Shown: positions 1 to 10,373 of the stretch, piece after piece
How positions within the stretch are numbered: position 1 is the stretch's first letter
Layout of the letters: each line of letters starts with the position of its first letter
Translations under genes and position numbers: made by a program
From: Bdellovibrionota bacterium
Lineage (GTDB): Bacteria; Bdellovibrionota_G; JALEGL01; DATDPG01
DNA length: 64,000 bases
Direction: 5' to 3'
NCBI GenBank assembly: GCA_963668355.1
Contig: OY764265.1
Span: 96,001-160,000, forward strand
Notes under the pieces: generated by a model
The model's database searches: none
Seen by the model: the letters and a program-made list of their open reading frames with translations, nothing else
What the model was told of the DNA's origin: nothing

Positions 1-3000
1 CGACATACACGTGACCATACGTCATGGCCATGGCACCCAAATCTTTCTTACCCAATTCTTTTCCGGCGCTCGCGAATTTCGCCACCGCGCCAATGGGCGT
101 AGCTTTGGACTGTTGTCCACCCGTATTGGAGTAAACCTCGGTATCCATGACCAACACATTCACATCTCGACCGGAGGCCAGGACGTGATCCAAACCACCG
201 TAACCGATGTCATAAGCCCAGCCATCACCGCCAAAGGCCCAAACAGACTTCTTGACCAAGTAGTCAGCCAAAATATTCAAACGCTTGGCTTCTGAACTGC
301 TCTCTCCTCCAATTTTCTTTCGGAGAATTTCGACGCGTTCACGTTGGGCGGCAATGCCTTCTTCTGTGGATTGATCGGCAGAGATCATCGCTTGAACGAG
401 TTCATCTCCAACTTTGCCTCCCATGGTTTGCAGGAGTTGTTGAGCTTGCTCTTTGTGAAAATCTACGGCCAACCGAAATCCCATGGCGAACTCGGCATTG
501 TCTTCAAACAAAGAGTTAGACCAAGCGGGACCCCGACCATTGGCATCCTTTGCATAAGGTGTGGTCGGCAAGTTTCCTCCGTAAATCGAAGAACATCCCG
601 TCGCATTTCCGATGAGGGCTCGATCTCCAAAAAGTTGAGAGACCAATTTCACATACGGGGTCTCACCACATCCAGCACACGCTCCAGAATACTCGAAGAG
701 CGGCAACATGAATTGCGAACCTTTCACATCCAATTTCAATTTGGTTCGATCCACCTCGGGAAGACTTAAGAAGAAATCATAATTGGCAACTTCTTGATCC
801 CGTACAGGAGGTTGAGGAACCATATTGAGCGCTTTATGTTTGGGATTGCTCTTGTCTTTTGCAGGGCAAACCATCACGCAAACTTTACATCCCGTACAAT
901 CTTCGGGAGCCACTTGAATCGTGAGTTTTTGATTCGGAAAGTCTTTCCCTCTAAAATCCACACTTTGGAAAGCTGTAGGAGCTTTCTCCAAAGCTGTCGG
1001 TTCGTAAATCTTGGAACGAATCGCAGCATGGGGGCAGGAAAGCACACATTTATTGCATTGAATGCAAATGCTGGCATCCCAAGCCGGAATATCCAACGCC
1101 AAATTTCGTTTTTCCCATTTGGTGGTTCCCGTGTCGTAGGTTCCATCCACAGGGAAAGCACTCACAGGAAGTAAATCCCCTTGATCCGACATCATCATCG
1201 AAGTGACCCGTTGCATGAAGTCCGGAGCTTCTTTGGGAACAATCGGAGGTCTGGGATCCACTTTTGGCAACTCCGAAGGAATGGTGGCCTCGAACATATG
1301 TTCCAAGCTCATGTCCACCGCAGCAAAGTTTCGTTTCACGACTTCCGCACCCCGTTTGGAATACGTTTTCTCAATGGCGTCTTTAATTTTCTGAATGGCC
1401 ACATCCTTGGGAAGCACACCTGAAATCGCGAAGAAACAGGTTTGCATGATCGTGTTGATCCTCAAACCCATCCCGGCATCTTTGGCAACCTTGTACGCAT
1501 CGATGACGTAAAACTTGAGTTCCTTTTCCTTGATCTGGGTTTGAATCTCCAACGGCAAATGAGCCCAAACTTCGTCCTTGCTATACGCCGTGTTCAATAA
1601 GAACGTTCCACCTTTTGTGGCCGTTTTGAGAACGTCCGTTTTCTCTAAGAAAACCGGTTGATGGCAGGCGACGAAGCTAGCTTTATTAACCAGATAAGTC
1701 GACTGGATGGGTCTCGGGCCAAAACGCAAATGGGACGTGGTCATGGCCCCAGATTTTTTGGAGTCATACACAAAGTATCCTTGGGCATAGAGATCTGTTC
1801 CCTCCCCAATGATTTTAATGGAGTTCTTGTTGGCTCCAACGGTTCCATCTGAACCCAAACCATAAAAGACGGCGCGAACCACATCGTCCGGCTCCACCGA
1901 AAAATCTGGATCATAATCCAACGAAAGCTTCGTTACGTCGTCTTGGATACCAATGGTGAAGTGGTTCTTGGGTTTATCTTTTCCGAGTTCATCAAAAACG
2001 CCTTTGACCATCGCCGGATTGAATTCTTTGGAAGACAAACCATAACGACCTCCACGAACCATCGGCATGGAATCTGTCGTCAACGTTCCCATTTCTTGGG
2101 CCTCTTGGAGAGCCGTCAACACATCCAAATAAAGAGGTTCGCCCAATGCACCGGGTTCTTTGGTTCGATCCAAAACCGAGATCTTCTTAACGGTTTTGGG
2201 AAGCGCTTTCAAAAACGCTTCACTATAGAAAGGACGATAAAGACGGATTTTAATCAAGCCAACTTTCTCACCCTTAGCCACCGCCCAGTCAATATACTCG
2301 TGAGCCGCTTCGGCTCCCGATCCCATCATCACAATGACTTTTTCGGCATCCGGTGCACCGACATAGTCAAAGAGGTGATATTGACGTCCCGTGATCTTGG
2401 CGAATTCATCCATCACCTTTTGCACGGCTTGAGGGCATTTATCATAAAATGTATTGCAGGCTTCCCGAGCTTGGAAAAAGGTATCGGGGTTTTGAGCGGT
2501 TCCTCGAAGGAGTGGTCGGTCCGGAGTCAGCGCCCGATCCCGATGTGCTTTGACCAACTCATCTTTGATCAATTCACGAAGTTGTTCATCCGGAATCTCT
2601 TGGATCTTGGACAATTCATGCGAAGAGCGAAAACCATCGAAGAAATGAAGGAAGGGCACGCGCGTTTCCAAGGTTGCAGCATGGCTGATGGCCGCCATAT
2701 CATGAATCTCTTGAATGGATCCCGAAGCCGTCATCGCAAAACCGGTCTGGCGACAAGCCATGACATCCGAGTGATCTCCAAAAATGGACAAGGCGTGAGT
2801 GGCTACCGTCCGGGCAGAAACATGCATGCAGAACGAGGTCAATTCACCGGCAATTTTGTACATATTGGGAATCATCAAGAGCAAGCCTTGAGAAGCCGTG
2901 AAGGTCGTGGTTAAAGAACCGGCCTGCAAAGCTCCGTGGACAGCTCCAGAAGCTCCACCTTCGGATTGCATTTCCGTAATATCTGGAACAATTCCCCAAA

Positions 3001-3154
3001 CATTGGGTTTCTTGTAGGTCGCCCAAGCATCTGAGAACTCTCCCATCGGGGAAGATGGGGTGATGGGGTAAATCGCAATGACTTCGCTCATGCGATAAGC
3101 GCTGGATGCAGCTGCTTCATTTCCGTCGATCGTGATAACTTTCTTCGTAGCCAA
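1..3154 (-). CDS. nifJ: Pyruvate:ferredoxin (flavodoxin) oxidoreductase, single-chain type; 3' end runs off the window
   Basis: Not in the ORF track (no stop in window). Minus-strand reading from TTG at 3154 gives MATKKVITIDGNEAAA...YPITPSS, then GLGSDGTVGANKNS, YDSKKSG, CIQCNKCVLSCPH and FSGACAGCGETPY. Strong TAAGGAGG RBS just upstream. Confidence 0.96.
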   Translation of the reverse strand, partial: MATKKVITIDGNEAAASSAYRMSEVIAIYPITPSSPMGEFSDAWATYKKPNVWGIVPDITEMQSEGGASGAVHGALQAGSLTTTFTASQGLLLMIPNMYKIAGELTSFCMHVSARTVATHALSIFGDHSDVMACRQTGFAMTASGSIQEIHDMAAISHAATLETRVPFLHFFDGFRSSHELSKIQEIPDEQLRELIKDELVKAHRDRALTPDRPLLRGTAQNPDTFFQAREACNTFYDKCPQAVQKVMDEFAKITGRQYHLFDYVGAPDAEKVIVMMGSGAEAAHEYIDWAVAKGEKVGLIKIRLYRPFYSEAFLKALPKTVKKISVLDRTKEPGALGEPLYLDVLTALQEAQEMGTLTTDSMPMVRGGRYGLSSKEFNPAMVKGVFDELGKDKPKNHFTIGIQDDVTKLSLDYDPDFSVEPDDVVRAVFYGLGSDGTVGANKNSIKIIGEGTDLYAQGYFVYDSKKSGAMTTSHLRFGPRPIQSTYLVNKASFVACHQPVFLEKTDVLKTATKGGTFLLNTAYSKDEVWAHLPLEIQTQIKEKELKFYVIDAYKVAKDAGMGLRINTIMQTCFFAISGVLPKDVAIQKIKDAIEKTYSKRGAEVVKRNFAAVDMSLEHMFEATIPSELPKVDPRPPIVPKEAPDFMQRVTSMMMSDQGDLLPVSAFPVDGTYDTGTTKWEKRNLALDIPAWDASICIQCNKCVLSCPHAAIRSKIYEPTALEKAPTAFQSVDFRGKDFPNQKLTIQVAPEDCTGCKVCVMVCPAKDKSNPKHKALNMVPQPPVRDQEVANYDFFLSLPEVDRTKLKLDVKGSQFMLPLFEYSGACAGCGETPYVKLVSQLFGDRALIGNATGCSSIYGGNLPTTPYAKDANGRGPAWSNSLFEDNAEFAMGFRLAVDFHKEQAQQLLQTMGGKVGDELVQAMISADQSTEEGIAAQRERVEILRKKIGGESSSEAKRLNILADYLVKKSVWAFGGDGWAYDIGYGGLDHVLASGRDVNVLVMDTEVYSNTGGQQSKATPIGAVAKFASAGKELGKKDLGAMAMTYGHVYV

Positions 3155-3175
3155 TGGGCTATCCTCCTTAAATAG

Positions 3176-3196
3176 TGTCCGGCAAAAAACCGGACA
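3176..3196. promoter_or_regulatory. Inverted repeat TGTCCGG-N7-CCGGACA just upstream of the nifJ RBS
   Basis: Perfect 7-bp arms in the divergent nifJ/cytochrome c intergenic region; could be an operator or 5'-UTR hairpin. Confidence 0.35.
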
Positions 3197-3409
3197 AGAA
3201 CCTATTCAATTTTTGCAAATAAACACTGACGCACATCAGAGTTCCTTTATTCGGACATATTTTCCGAAACCCTTCTACTCCTCTTGATCCCTCCCCTCAA
3301 GAAAGAACCCTTTCAAGTTACGCGGCGCAGAAACTCGACGCGCTTTGAGGTTTTTTTGGTGATGGGTGCTTTGTGATATAAGTCGAATCACTTCGGAGGA
3401 AATGCGTTC

Positions 3410-3775
3410 ATGTTAAAACAGTTGTGGCTGATCATTCTTGGGGTTTCCGTATGTTATGTGGGAAATGTCCCCCAAACGCGTGCCGAAGACCTCATGGAAG
3501 CCGAAGACATTTACAAAATGCAATGCAAACGCTGTCACGGAGCCCAAGGGCAAGGAAATTCCAAGATGCTCCGATTTCTTCGCTTGCAGGACCGAGGACC
3601 AGAGGTGTTAAGCCTTTTGAAAGACGATGTAAAAAACATGAAGGATGAAGAAATCACACATGTTATTCTGGAGGGAAAAGGGAAGAAAATGAAACCCTTT
3701 AAAGACAAACTTTCGCGTCCCCAAGCCTCGGATCTCACGAAACTCATTCGAAAACTCCAGAAAGCCCCACAATAA
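3410..3775 (+). CDS. Periplasmic monoheme cytochrome c (class I)
   Basis: Signal peptide, one CKRCH motif, distal Met candidate in KKMKPF, GGAGG RBS. Confidence 0.9.
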   Translation: MLKQLWLIILGVSVCYVGNVPQTRAEDLMEAEDIYKMQCKRCHGAQGQGNSKMLRFLRLQDRGPEVLSLLKDDVKNMKDEEITHVILEGKGKKMKPFKDKLSRPQASDLTKLIRKLQKAPQ

Positions 3776-3787
3776 CCCAGGAGATTT

Positions 3788-4225
3788 GTGCCCAAACTCA
3801 TTCACCGACGAACGTTTCTCAATCGCCTGTTGGGGGGGGCTGCACTTGCGTGGCTGGGAAGTGTTCTTTACCCCATCACGCGATACCTCTTTCCACCCCA
3901 AAAAGCCTTCCAATCGGAAACGCCGGCCAAGGTCGCCAAGGTTTCTCTGTTTCCCCGAAACAGCGGAAAGATTGTCAAATTTGGGAATAAACCGGCCCTC
4001 CTTCTTCGATCTCAAGAAGGGACATTCAAAGCCTTCACAGCCAAGTGCACACATTTGGATTGCTTGGTTCAATATCGTCCCGAAGATCAAAAAATCTGGT
4101 GTGCCTGTCACAACGGCGTCTTTGATCTCAATGGGAAAAACATTTCCGGCCCGCCTCCATCCCCTTTGGAGGAATACGCCGTAAGAATTGAGGGAGATGA
4201 TGTCATCATCCAGCGGCAAAGTTAA
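3788..4225 (+). CDS. Rieske [2Fe-2S] protein of a bc/b6f-type complex
   Basis: Tat motif HRRTFL plus TM helix; boxes CTHLDC and CACHNG; C-terminal GPPPSPL. Confidence 0.95.
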   Translation: MPKLIHRRTFLNRLLGGAALAWLGSVLYPITRYLFPPQKAFQSETPAKVAKVSLFPRNSGKIVKFGNKPALLLRSQEGTFKAFTAKCTHLDCLVQYRPEDQKIWCACHNGVFDLNGKNISGPPPSPLEEYAVRIEGDDVIIQRQS

Positions 4226-5276
4226 AACGTGGTTGGAAGAACGTTACCCCCTCGCTCCTCTTCTCAAATGGGCCAAAGAAAAAACGGTTCCCGCAGGGCG
4301 ATCCAGTCTTTGGTATTACTTCGGCGGTCTGGCTCTGTTTTTGTTCTCCCTCCAACTCATCACCGGCATCCTTCTCATGCTCTATTATAGAGCCGGAGTG
4401 GATACCGCTTTTGAAAGCGTTCACTTCATCACGACCAAAGTCCCGTTTGGTTGGCTGGTTCGTTCCGTTCATGCTTGGGCAGGAGACCTTCTGATTCTCA
4501 CGGCCATTCTTCACATGTTCAGTGCTTTTTTCATGAGGGCTTATGAAAAACCCCGAGAGCTCACCTGGTTTACGGGCGTCTTTCTGCTTCTCATTTTGCT
4601 GGCCTTTGGTTTTAGCGGCTACCTATTGCCTTGGAATGAGCTTTCGTTTTTTGCGACAAAAGTCGGGACCGACATCCTTCGAGTGATTCCCTTCCTTGGA
4701 GACACCCTTGTAGAGCTCCTTCGAGGAGGTGAAGAGGTCGCCGGAGCGACCCTCCAACGATTTTATGCTGTGCACGTGATTGTTCTTCCCCTTCTTCTGC
4801 TCGGAATCATGGGGATTCACCTTCTCTTTGTTCAAATCCAAGGCATGCATGAGCCCAAAGACTGGGAAAATCAACCCGAAAAAAAGAAGACAATTCCTTT
4901 CTTCCCCCACTTTGTTTTGAGAGATGTTTTCCTTTGGTGCATCGTTTTGAATCTCTTGGCGATCTTGGCTTTTCTGTATCCTGCCCATTTGGGGATCAAA
5001 GCCGACGCGTTCACCCCCCCTCCGGCCGGAATTCGACCTGAGTGGTATTTTCTCTGGGCCTATCAAGTTCTCAAAATGCTTCCAGCTCACATGGGCTTTG
5101 TGGACGGCGAAACCTTAGGCGTATTTGGAATGTCTTTGGGATTTCTTCTCTGGTTACTGGTTCCGTGGATTGATTCCGAAAAACATCCGAAATGGAGCCG
5201 CTGGATCCAGGTTTTGGGCATTCTTCTTCTGGTCTTTTTAATCACGATGACAATTCTGGGGTATATCTTGCCATGA
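4197..5276 (+). CDS. Cytochrome b of a Rieske/cytb complex (unsplit: b6-like plus subunit IV-like part)
   Basis: Heme-ligand His in RSVH, ILHM, AVHV and GIHL; GYLLPWNE; PEWYF motif. Start placed at ATG 4197 (ORF begins 4188). Confidence 0.95.
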   Translation: MMSSSSGKVKTWLEERYPLAPLLKWAKEKTVPAGRSSLWYYFGGLALFLFSLQLITGILLMLYYRAGVDTAFESVHFITTKVPFGWLVRSVHAWAGDLLILTAILHMFSAFFMRAYEKPRELTWFTGVFLLLILLAFGFSGYLLPWNELSFFATKVGTDILRVIPFLGDTLVELLRGGEEVAGATLQRFYAVHVIVLPLLLLGIMGIHLLFVQIQGMHEPKDWENQPEKKKTIPFFPHFVLRDVFLWCIVLNLLAILAFLYPAHLGIKADAFTPPPAGIRPEWYFLWAYQVLKMLPAHMGFVDGETLGVFGMSLGFLLWLLVPWIDSEKHPKWSRWIQVLGILLLVFLITMTILGYILP

Positions 5277-6085
5277 GGTGGCTCTTTTTCTTCGCAACTC
5301 TTTCTTTGAGCACTTCCGTTTTCGCAGAAGAGAACGCGTGCATCACCTGTCATGACCTCTTGGATGATGAAGCCGCTACGAAATGGTCTCAAAATATCCA
5401 CGCGAAATCAGGAATGCATTGTGTGGATTGTCATGGAGGAGACCCTTCCCAAAACGACTTTGAACTCGCCAAAACGAAAGAAGCGGGCTTTGTCGGCATT
5501 CCCATGCCCCGAACCATCCCCACGCTCTGCGGAAGTTGCCATGCGAAAGAAGCCAAGCTCTTTCTCGAAAGTCCCATGGCCGAGCCTCTCATGACCAATC
5601 GCTACATGGCTTGCGTTAGCTGTCACACCGGACACCGCATTGAGACCTTAATCCAGGGAAAGGTCGGGCCGACGTGCAAAACCTGTCATTCAAACGGGGA
5701 GCCTGGTCTCGTGTTTGCGAAAACCTATGAAGCGTCCTTTTCAAATATCCAAAAGAAAAAGAAGGCTTTGGAAACAGCCATGACTGTGCATAAAGCTCGA
5801 GGAATGGATACTGAATCCATCGAACATGAGCTTGAGTTTGTAAACAATGCATTAAATCAAGCCCGCGTCACACTTCATTCCTTTGATTTTGTGCCCGTTC
5901 ACGCTCACCTTTCCAAAGGTCTTCAGTTTTTGAAAAAAGCGGAAAAAGCGAATGAGCACCTCAGACAAAAGTACGAAAAGAGGAGAAGTGGTTTGATATT
6001 CAGCTCCATTCTTCTTCTCATGCTCACGATTTTACTTGGCTGGAAAATACGAACCCTCCCAACGAAGGAGAACCATCATGAATAA
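5273..6085 (+). CDS. Pentaheme cytochrome c with C-terminal membrane anchor
   Basis: Signal peptide MRWLFF...VFA; CITCH, CVDCH, CGSCH, CVSCH, CKTCH; helical stalk and C-terminal TM; ATGA overlap with the cytochrome b stop. Confidence 0.9.
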   Translation: MRWLFFFATLSLSTSVFAEENACITCHDLLDDEAATKWSQNIHAKSGMHCVDCHGGDPSQNDFELAKTKEAGFVGIPMPRTIPTLCGSCHAKEAKLFLESPMAEPLMTNRYMACVSCHTGHRIETLIQGKVGPTCKTCHSNGEPGLVFAKTYEASFSNIQKKKKALETAMTVHKARGMDTESIEHELEFVNNALNQARVTLHSFDFVPVHAHLSKGLQFLKKAEKANEHLRQKYEKRRSGLIFSSILLLMLTILLGWKIRTLPTKENHHE

Positions 6086-7148
6086 TTGGTTTGCCCACCC
6101 CATTTTCCAAGAAAAAATTTACGAAGTTTCTCTCACCCATTGGATCTGGATCTTGGCGCTTTGGGCTCTGTTATCCGTAGGGTTCATTACGTTGGTTTGC
6201 CTCTTGAAACGAGGGTTCTCAAAGCGAACCCAATCTTCGGGTTTAGTCTTCGACGAACTTTTTTATCTTTTGACCACGAAAACCCATCGTTTTTTTCTAA
6301 TTCCTCTCGCTCTGTTCATCACCTTTCTCGTCTTTGACGTGCCCCAAAAAGTTTTTCACCCCATAAAATTGTTTATGGTTCTGCTTTTCTTCATCCAAAT
6401 CGGACAGTGGGCCTCGGCTCTCATCAAACTCGGAGGACAACGCGCGGCGAACCGAGGAACCTCTGGAGAAAGCATTCCCGAAACTACGATCAATGCCATC
6501 AGTTTCATTGCCAAACTGCTTTTGTGGACCTTCCTGCTTCTCCTAACCCTGGATAATTTTGGTGTCGACATCACTGCGCTGGTCACGGGATTAGGCATTG
6601 GAGGTATTGCCGTTGCCTTGGCGGTTCAAAATGTTTTGGGGGACCTTTTCGCTTACCTCTCCATCGCCATCGACCGACCGTTTGCTCTGGGAGATTTTCT
6701 CATTCTGGATCCTCAAATGGGAACGGTGGAAAAAATCGGTCTCAAAACGACCCGCATTCGAAGTTTGTCCGGGGAACAAATCATTGTTTCCAACAGCGAC
6801 CTTCTCAACAGTCGGATTCGAAACTACAAGCGCATGAGCGAACGGCGCGTTTTGTTCAAAGTGGGCGTGATTTACCAAACCCCAAAAGAAAAATTAAACA
6901 AGATCCCTCAAATCTTAAAAGACGCCGTATCCCAACAAGAACGTGTGCGATTTGACCGTGCCCACTTCCAAAAATTTGGCGATTTCTCCTTGGATTTTGA
7001 AATTGTCTATTACGTCCTCGACCCGGACTACAATATCTACATGGACATTCAACAGGCCATCAACTTCGCCATTCATTCGGAATTCGCCAAAGAAGGAATC
7101 GAGTTTGCCTATCCCACACAAACCCTATTTTTGGAAAAAACGTCCTAA
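6078..7148 (+). CDS. MscS-family mechanosensitive channel
   Basis: GLGIGGIAVALAVQ, DRPFALGD and GLKTTRIRSLSGE motifs; AAGGAG RBS before ATG 6078. Confidence 0.93.
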   Translation: MNNWFAHPIFQEKIYEVSLTHWIWILALWALLSVGFITLVCLLKRGFSKRTQSSGLVFDELFYLLTTKTHRFFLIPLALFITFLVFDVPQKVFHPIKLFMVLLFFIQIGQWASALIKLGGQRAANRGTSGESIPETTINAISFIAKLLLWTFLLLLTLDNFGVDITALVTGLGIGGIAVALAVQNVLGDLFAYLSIAIDRPFALGDFLILDPQMGTVEKIGLKTTRIRSLSGEQIIVSNSDLLNSRIRNYKRMSERRVLFKVGVIYQTPKEKLNKIPQILKDAVSQQERVRFDRAHFQKFGDFSLDFEIVYYVLDPDYNIYMDIQQAINFAIHSEFAKEGIEFAYPTQTLFLEKTS

Positions 7149-7711
7149 ACGTTGCGCCCCTTGATTCCGAGTTCATCGGCGTGGGGTTTGAGGGCATCGA
7201 TCACAAGTTGAATATGATCGGTCATGTCGGCGCAAAGCATCTCAACACCAGCGCGAATTTCGTTTCGGTCCACTTTGGCCGCAAAATGTTTATCCTTTAA
7301 ACGTTTCTTCACGCTCTTGGGAGCCAGGGTGGTGATTCCATCGGGTCGAATCAAAGACGCGGCAATGACAAACCCCGTAAGTTCATCGCACGCAAGCAAA
7401 GCTTTATCCAATTGGGTTTCATACGGCACGCCCCAAGTTGTGTAATGCGCTGAAATGGCATGCGCCATCTCTTCTTCCTTTCGTTCCCGAAGCCAAGCCA
7501 CAATCCGGTTGGGATGATCCTCCGGCCATTTTTCGTAATCGGCGTCATGCAAAAGACCGGCAATGCCCCACTTCTCTTCGTCTTCTGTACCCTTCCCATA
7601 AATATGGGCTGCTCGGCGCATGACGATTTCCACAGCCAATGCATGCTTTCTCAACGCATCCGTTTGAGTCCATTCACATAAATGCGCCCAAGCTTCTTCT
7701 CGCGAAATCAT
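7145..7711 (-). CDS. HD/HDIG-domain metal-dependent phosphohydrolase
   Basis: H...LLHDADYE...H...ACDE metal-binding pattern; translationally coupled to the upstream OFOR beta gene. Confidence 0.88.
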   Translation of the reverse strand: MISREEAWAHLCEWTQTDALRKHALAVEIVMRRAAHIYGKGTEDEEKWGIAGLLHDADYEKWPEDHPNRIVAWLRERKEEEMAHAISAHYTTWGVPYETQLDKALLACDELTGFVIAASLIRPDGITTLAPKSVKKRLKDKHFAAKVDRNEIRAGVEMLCADMTDHIQLVIDALKPHADELGIKGRNV

Positions 7712-9039
7712 GAGTTCAGTTCCTTAGCCTTTTCAAAGGTTCGATTCACTTCCGCATGTCGCGACTCAGGTAACCGTTGGATGGCAATATTCCAGGCCTC
7801 CTCTTTCCACCAACCCATGCGAAAGATTTCCGCAAAAACAGATCCGAGGGCCGCATTCTTTCCTCCAAACGTTTTTCGATACGCACGAGAAATGGATTCA
7901 AGATCCTTTGGCTTCTCAAGTTCGTCATCCAATAGAAGTTGTTTGGCTTTCGCTGGAGCGGTCAAAAAACCCCGAGCCTTGAGTTCTGCGTATCCTTCTG
8001 GGGCCGTTGCAATGACCAATTCCGGATGCTCCAACCCGGTATACGTGATGGGATCCGGAGAAATCGTCAGCTCGGCCAAGGAAAAACCCGTTCCTTGCGT
8101 GACCGGATTGTCCGATCGAACGGCAACATGTAATCCCGCAGCCGTCGCCGCACTCGCAGCTAGTGAGGCCGCTGATTGAATTCGTTCGCCTGCTCTTCCC
8201 GCGACAACCATTCGAACGGTCTCGTCTAAATTCTTCAAACTTGGATTGGGTTCCAGACCTTTTCCCGATAAAGGCGCTTGAGGCAATCGATCTTCATGTC
8301 CAGTCCCCACGCTTCCTTTTTTAAAAGACAACCGTGTTGGATCGTTTCGCAAGATTCCAAGCTTCAAACCTTCTTTTTCAGGAAGCTCTTTGATGGATTT
8401 TCCCGTCATGCCACCCTTTCGGGAAGCGAAGACCGGACAGAGTTCAAAAATTTCCACGCACGCAAAGCCGGGATGCTGTATGGCCTGGGCAATTGTTGAC
8501 ACCAAGGTTTCGCCCGGAGCCAATTCCCGCGCAAAAAAGCTGGCACCGGCTCCCATCAAAATGGATCCAATGTCCAAATTCGGAATGGGGGAACCTTCCG
8601 GCGTGGTGGTCGTTTTCAATCCCTCGGGGGTCAACACCGAGTGTTGGCCTCCGGTCATTCCATAAATCAAATTGTTGTGAACCAGAACGGTGACATCCAC
8701 ATTGGTTTGGGCCGCATGAACCACATGAAGCAATCCAATGCCCACACCTCCATCTCCAATCAACACAATTGGCTTCAGAGGAATTTCATTCGGATCCAAA
8801 TCGCCCATCTGCAATCCTGAAGCAATGGCAACCGACCTTCCATGAAGGGAATGAACTGTGTGCATCGTGGGAAACAATTTGTCGGCCAATCCCACACAAC
8901 CAATATCCGTCACCAAGGAAACGCGCTCCTGGGGATAGTCCACGACAGAAAGCGCTTCATCCAACGCCCGAAGAACATGTGGATGACCGCAGCCGGGACA
9001 ATGAGGAAAGCCTTTCTCCGTATTCAACACGCCACTCAT
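7708..9039 (-). CDS. 2-oxoacid:ferredoxin oxidoreductase beta subunit fused to a gamma-like domain
   Basis: HCPGCG, DIGC, GDGG...NN TPP motif and YGMTGGQ; C-terminal VVAGRAGERIQSA gamma-type domain. Confidence 0.88.
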   Translation of the reverse strand: MSGVLNTEKGFPHCPGCGHPHVLRALDEALSVVDYPQERVSLVTDIGCVGLADKLFPTMHTVHSLHGRSVAIASGLQMGDLDPNEIPLKPIVLIGDGGVGIGLLHVVHAAQTNVDVTVLVHNNLIYGMTGGQHSVLTPEGLKTTTTPEGSPIPNLDIGSILMGAGASFFARELAPGETLVSTIAQAIQHPGFACVEIFELCPVFASRKGGMTGKSIKELPEKEGLKLGILRNDPTRLSFKKGSVGTGHEDRLPQAPLSGKGLEPNPSLKNLDETVRMVVAGRAGERIQSAASLAASAATAAGLHVAVRSDNPVTQGTGFSLAELTISPDPITYTGLEHPELVIATAPEGYAELKARGFLTAPAKAKQLLLDDELEKPKDLESISRAYRKTFGGKNAALGSVFAEIFRMGWWKEEAWNIAIQRLPESRHAEVNRTFEKAKELNS

Positions 9040-10169
9040 GAGAGCACCGCCTTTCGAATTTGCTCCGGTGAAATCATCGAACCAATTTGATTGACTTGAA
9101 CCAGCTCAACTTCTTTTAAAATTCCCTGAAGTTCTTTGGCATACAAACCGGTTCGGTTTTCCTCCACCACCACAACACGCTTGATGCCATCCAAGGCGTT
9201 TCGAATGGAATTTTCCGGAAGCGGAAAGAGCGAAAGCACCTCCAACGCACTTAACGGTTTTCCCTCTTTCTCAAAATTTTTCATCACTTCCCGACACGTT
9301 CGAGCTGACACGCCAAAACTTAACAACAATGTTTCGGCTCCGGGGTGATGCGTATGACGAACCCTCTCCATCGAAGCAGCGCGATGAGAGATCTTGGCTT
9401 CCAAGTGTTGCAATTGCCGAATGACTTCCGGGTCGTTCTTTCGAAGTTCGCCTCTTTCGTTATGAGCCGAGCCCGTAACCGTGACTTTTAAGTTTCTTCC
9501 CACGGGAGAATATTTTGGAATGTCTTCCAGGTTTTTGATTCCGTAGGGGACAAAAGGTTCGTTCGGTGAAGCCATGGCCCTCGGTCGATTCTCCACTGTC
9601 GGGAGCGCATTCATGTCTACGCTTTCCAGCGTAGTGGACACTTCTTTGTCCGAAAGCAAAATTACGGGACTTCGAAGTTCATCGGCCAAATTAAACGCCT
9701 CGGCGGTGAGCGTATAACAATCGATGGCATCCACCGGTGCCAAAATCGGAATGGGATACCCTCCCGAGGTCGCATATTCTGCCAATAAGATATCCCCTTG
9801 TGCACCTTGCGTTGCCCCTCCGGTTGCCGGTCCCAAACGTTGGACAATGGCAATGACCACGGGCGTTTCAGTCATGAGTGCGTATTGCATGGTTTCAATC
9901 ATGAGCGCAAAACCCGGACCCGAGGTGGCCGTCATGGATCTGGAATTGGTCAACGAAGCTCCCACGGCATACGAAAGAGCTGAGATTTCATCCGGCGTTC
10001 CAACGGAAACGCCTCCTCGCGAAGGAAGTTGCCGCATCATTTCAGAGTAAACTTCGTTGGAAGGCGTGATGGGATACCCTGCGAAAAAACGACAGCCCGC
10101 TGCGAGAGCCCCCCAAGCAATCATTCGATTTCCAGTGACCAACTCAACCTTCGCTTGTGTTTTCGGCAT
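9036..10169 (-). CDS. 2-oxoacid:ferredoxin oxidoreductase alpha subunit
   Basis: GN...GCRFFAGYPITP, DEISA, ATSGPG and QRLGPATG motifs. Confidence 0.92.
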   Translation of the reverse strand: MPKTQAKVELVTGNRMIAWGALAAGCRFFAGYPITPSNEVYSEMMRQLPSRGGVSVGTPDEISALSYAVGASLTNSRSMTATSGPGFALMIETMQYALMTETPVVIAIVQRLGPATGGATQGAQGDILLAEYATSGGYPIPILAPVDAIDCYTLTAEAFNLADELRSPVILLSDKEVSTTLESVDMNALPTVENRPRAMASPNEPFVPYGIKNLEDIPKYSPVGRNLKVTVTGSAHNERGELRKNDPEVIRQLQHLEAKISHRAASMERVRHTHHPGAETLLLSFGVSARTCREVMKNFEKEGKPLSALEVLSLFPLPENSIRNALDGIKRVVVVEENRTGLYAKELQGILKEVELVQVNQIGSMISPEQIRKAVLS

Positions 10170-10373
10170 CACGATCCTTCAAACCTTTCTGTATTCTCAT
10201 TTTGGGAGGCCCGACACGGTAGCATGAGTTGATTTCTCCGACCAGAACTCCGAAGTGACCATATGTGGCCATACACGCAACCAGTCGCATCTTCTTTCTG
10301 GTAGCCGAATTCCACATGAAAAATATGAGATAAATCGTGTTTTCTTCGGTAAATCTCGCTATGTTGCCGCACC

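Noticed and set aside
11..2914. Plus-strand ORFs up to 323 aa in the first 3 kb
   Set aside because: Antisense shadows of nifJ with no recognisable motifs.
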